Of a stretch of 64,000 bases of DNA, positions 61,246 through 64,000 are shown in pieces. The stretch's first letter is position 1. The number at the start of each line of letters is the position of its first letter. Origin of the DNA: Eimeria praecox (Eukaryota); the NCBI GenBank assembly GCA_963920595.1, contig OY986950.1, forward strand, positions 2,170,001 through 2,234,000. The letters are read 5' to 3'. A program made the position numbers and the translations under genes. Below the pieces are notes generated by a model. That model saw nothing but the letters and a program-made list of their open reading frames with translations, had not been told where the DNA came from and searched no databases.

Positions 61246-62575
61246 TTAATACCGAAGCACAAGCTTATTCAAAGGAATCCACAGTTTATAGCAGGCGTCC
61301 TGCGCAACGTGCTTCATTAGTTTCCAGTCTTCAGTGCACGTGCCGTATATTTTGCCTTCATTGAACCTTGCCGTCAATTCGGATAAAGGTTGCAAACAAA
61401 TGAATTTTGAATCCCAACGAATTTTGTCTTCGGGGCATTCCTTAGCGCACATTTTTTCTGCTGCTTTAGGGTGAGCAACGCATTTTACTGCCGGCACTGC
61501 AAAAAGGCGCTACGTTTCATCCGTCCCGTTAATGAGACGAATGCATTGATCCTGCCTAGTCACACATCTAATTATTTTCCCAGCTAAGCTAACTCATGTT
61601 CTTCACCCAGCACAATGCTGAGTCAACGCTTTTCGCGCATCCCTCACACTTAGGAATTAACCAGCAGGGGATTGTATCCTCTCTATTCATAGAACTGTAG
61701 CCGCGATACGTCAGTTCCAAGTCAAGCTGCTCTTCTGTCATGTAATTAACAGAAGGATCTATTATATTCAAGCCTGCATCTACAACTACTAGCAAGCCCC
61801 ACACACCATGAAATACTTCCCTCTACCTATAAACGCCTTGTTATGAACACCCTCGCCATCGCGAGGACCCCTTTGTGAAGCAAGAACTCCTTTTATTTAT
61901 GAAGATACGTGTTACTCCTTCCCAGAAAAATCATCCACGAAGTTACTAACTCTGCGCTTTTGCACATTGGCTTACGTCTTCGATGGGGCTGCCCACTTTA
62001 GGCATGCACTGTGCCTTGGGGCTGGAGAGCAGATGCACCTATCCCATGGAATATTTCAGGCAAGACACCCCAAAAGCTACTCAGTCAATTTTTTTTTAAT
62101 GCAGCAGTTTATGATTATTAACACGTAATAGGGTGATCTAATCCCTTCGGTGCTACCCTTGCTCACCTATGGCCATTGCACACGGAGTAATGAGAGTAGT
62201 CGGTCTTAACGGAAGACCGTCTGGAGCTTCAGTAGAGGAAAGATGTTTCACATAAAAGTGCTCAAAAAGTTGGTCATCTCCCGGACAGTCTCCAGGCTTC
62301 CTCGGAAAAGCAAGCAAAAATCAGAGGCTGGCGCGGAGAGGGAGCAGCTTGTCCTGAGATGCATCCCCCTTGTAGCAGTGCCTGCTGTAAGGCAACCGAA
62401 AATGGAAGTATATTCCCTTCTTTCTCCAATACGCGCACCGGTATACGATATCGAAATGGTTAGGCCAGTCCACTGAGGGGAGACACACCCCTGCGCCTAT
62501 GCTGGACACCCACTGAATCCAGAGACGAAAAGGGAGAATGACGAGGGATAAAGCCACATGCAGTTGCTGGTGCAT
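61246..62575 (-). CDS. Putative small multi-exon Cys-rich hypothetical protein, possibly secreted
   Basis: Exon-like segments bounded by GT/AG: MHQQLHVALSLVILPF.. (62575), KPGDCPGDDQLFEHFYV..AMAI then GTGAGC, GLNIIDPSVNY..IPCWLIPKCEGCAKSVDSALCWVKNM, and AVKCVAHPKAAEKMCAKECPEDKIRW..LRY*. No family recognised; chaining uncertain. Confidence 0.4.
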
Positions 62576-63279
62576 TTTACATTTCCTACTTCTGCCGTCC
62601 AGCCGCATCTGGTAGCGGTCCGCGCGTGCAGTGGAGTCTCCATTGGCTGTATAAGGCTCCCACAGCGCTGCCCTTGGGACCGGAACTGCTTTGATACCAC
62701 CAGCCCCTCAACCTGAAGAAAGCCATGTACCGAACGAACACTCGGCGGCAACATCAGCGAGCGCTTGGGGAAAGGTCCCTACCTACTCCAAAAAAACACC
62801 AAGATACAGTATATGAAAAACCTGGGAGTGACATCAGCGGTGGCGCCGAGCTAACGGCAGGCAGAGAGAGGGCTGTATATGGCGGTGGGCAAAACATTGG
62901 CACCAATTAGCACTTAGATGAAAGGATGTGGGCTTTATGCCGCAATTGCCAACCTTCAGTGGGAATGAGCGCAACTTCACGATGAGCTGTGCGTGCCCAT
63001 GGTTATAGCCGCTGCCCCTGAGCCAAGGTGGACTCAAAGATGTTCCCCAGAAATTACTTCGCATACGTCTCCTTCAATAACCCACTGGCGTTGTCTGCCT
63101 CTACGATAGATGAGTCAATACTACCGTTTTCTCCGACCGCTGTGCATCGTTACAGACGTGCCCAGGATCTGGTCCACCGTTTCCATTCCCACGTTGGTGT
63201 TGCTGCTGTCCTGTGCGGGAAAGTTCGAGAAAATCTGTGTGAATCCGTTGACCACCTTGGAAAAGAGTCATTTATGGCC

Positions 63280-64000
63280 GATGATCTCAGTTGAGATATC
63301 TGCCTCGTGGTGGGTCGTGGCGGTCATGCTGTGGTCGATATTAGCCGAGTTATGAATTCGCGCCAGAATGAGCTAGCGCACTTCGGGCCCCTGCCAGTGA
63401 TGATGCCTTTTGGAAGGCAGTGCCGTTTTCAGACATTATTGATGAATAATTGATTCATTTTTTCTGCTGCCACTGAACTCGAACGGCGGTAGAAGTGGGA
63501 AGATCTGCGGACTCTATCCACAGTACAGCAAATGCTATCACAGCCTCAAACCGTTGGTATACCTACTATCCTCTTCCGGATCGGAAGGCTGTGCAAGCCT
63601 TCCGATTTGAAGGTGTTCCGCTCCATATGCTGCTGGTCTTCCGGACAAGCGGAGGGATATTTCCCGGCTAAGGGGCGCGTGGTATGCCAGCAAAAGAGCC
63701 TAGCACCCCGCTCCCCCCGCTGCATTGACACCTCTATCACCTGCGTAAAGGCGATCAAACATTTTGCTCAGAACTTGTGTGCAAATAAAAGCTGGAAAGT
63801 GTAATCGGTAGAGTCCACGCTTCTTCTGGTATCGCAAGATATCGTTGCCGACGCGGTAGTCATTAACCAGTCTCCCATCATCTATCTTCACAATTCGGAG
63901 AGGAAGAAGGAATTGTTGCAGATAATCGCAGTTGGTGAACACGGGGCCTGACCCAGAAGACCCCGGGAGAGTGCGTCAGCTGCCGCGCTGGTGAAACCCT
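63280..64000 (-). mobile_element. Decayed Ty3/gypsy retrotransposon: RNase H end, integrase Zn-binding domain and core; continues beyond the window
   Basis: GFTSAAADALSR (~63960-64000); RLHFPAFICTQVLSKMFDRLYAGDRGVNA; FCWHTTRPLAGKYPSACPEDQQH..GLHSLPI; DSICCTVDRVRRSSHF..AEKMNQLFINNV*KRHCLPKGIITGRGPKCASSFWREF; IDHSMTATTHHEADISTE. These are colinear with the gypsy integrase consensus, with stops and frameshifts. Confidence 0.85.

Noticed and set aside
1..64000. tRNA, rRNA or other structured ncRNA genes
   Set aside because: None recognised by eye; covariance-model searches could not be run.

Overview
Eukaryotic genomic DNA from a coccidian apicomplexan, most likely Eimeria, judged from CAG/CTG tracts, interstitial TTTAGGG telomere-like repeats, TGCATGCA motifs and intron-rich genes. 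The first ~11 kb is repeat-rich and the rest is poor in simple repeats. Recognisable genes: AP-3-type sigma subunit (partial), a signal-peptide/TM hypothetical gene, a membrane-bound cyclic-nucleotide phosphodiesterase, prefoldin subunit 3, a TPR-SET-MYND (SMYD-like) methyltransferase, casein kinase 1 and a thrombospondin-1-repeat type I membrane protein. The most unusual feature is a tandem pair of DUF3626-like paralogues. One is compact with canonical motifs. The other has degenerate motifs and a ~4,000-aa N-terminal extension containing ~13.4 near-identical 792-bp (264-aa) repeats with a 4-unit higher-order pattern. Also present: decayed Ty3/gypsy pol remnants, a 95-nt near-perfect palindrome and a probable GC-AG intron. 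All family assignments come from motif recognition by eye, and exon boundaries were inferred manually.
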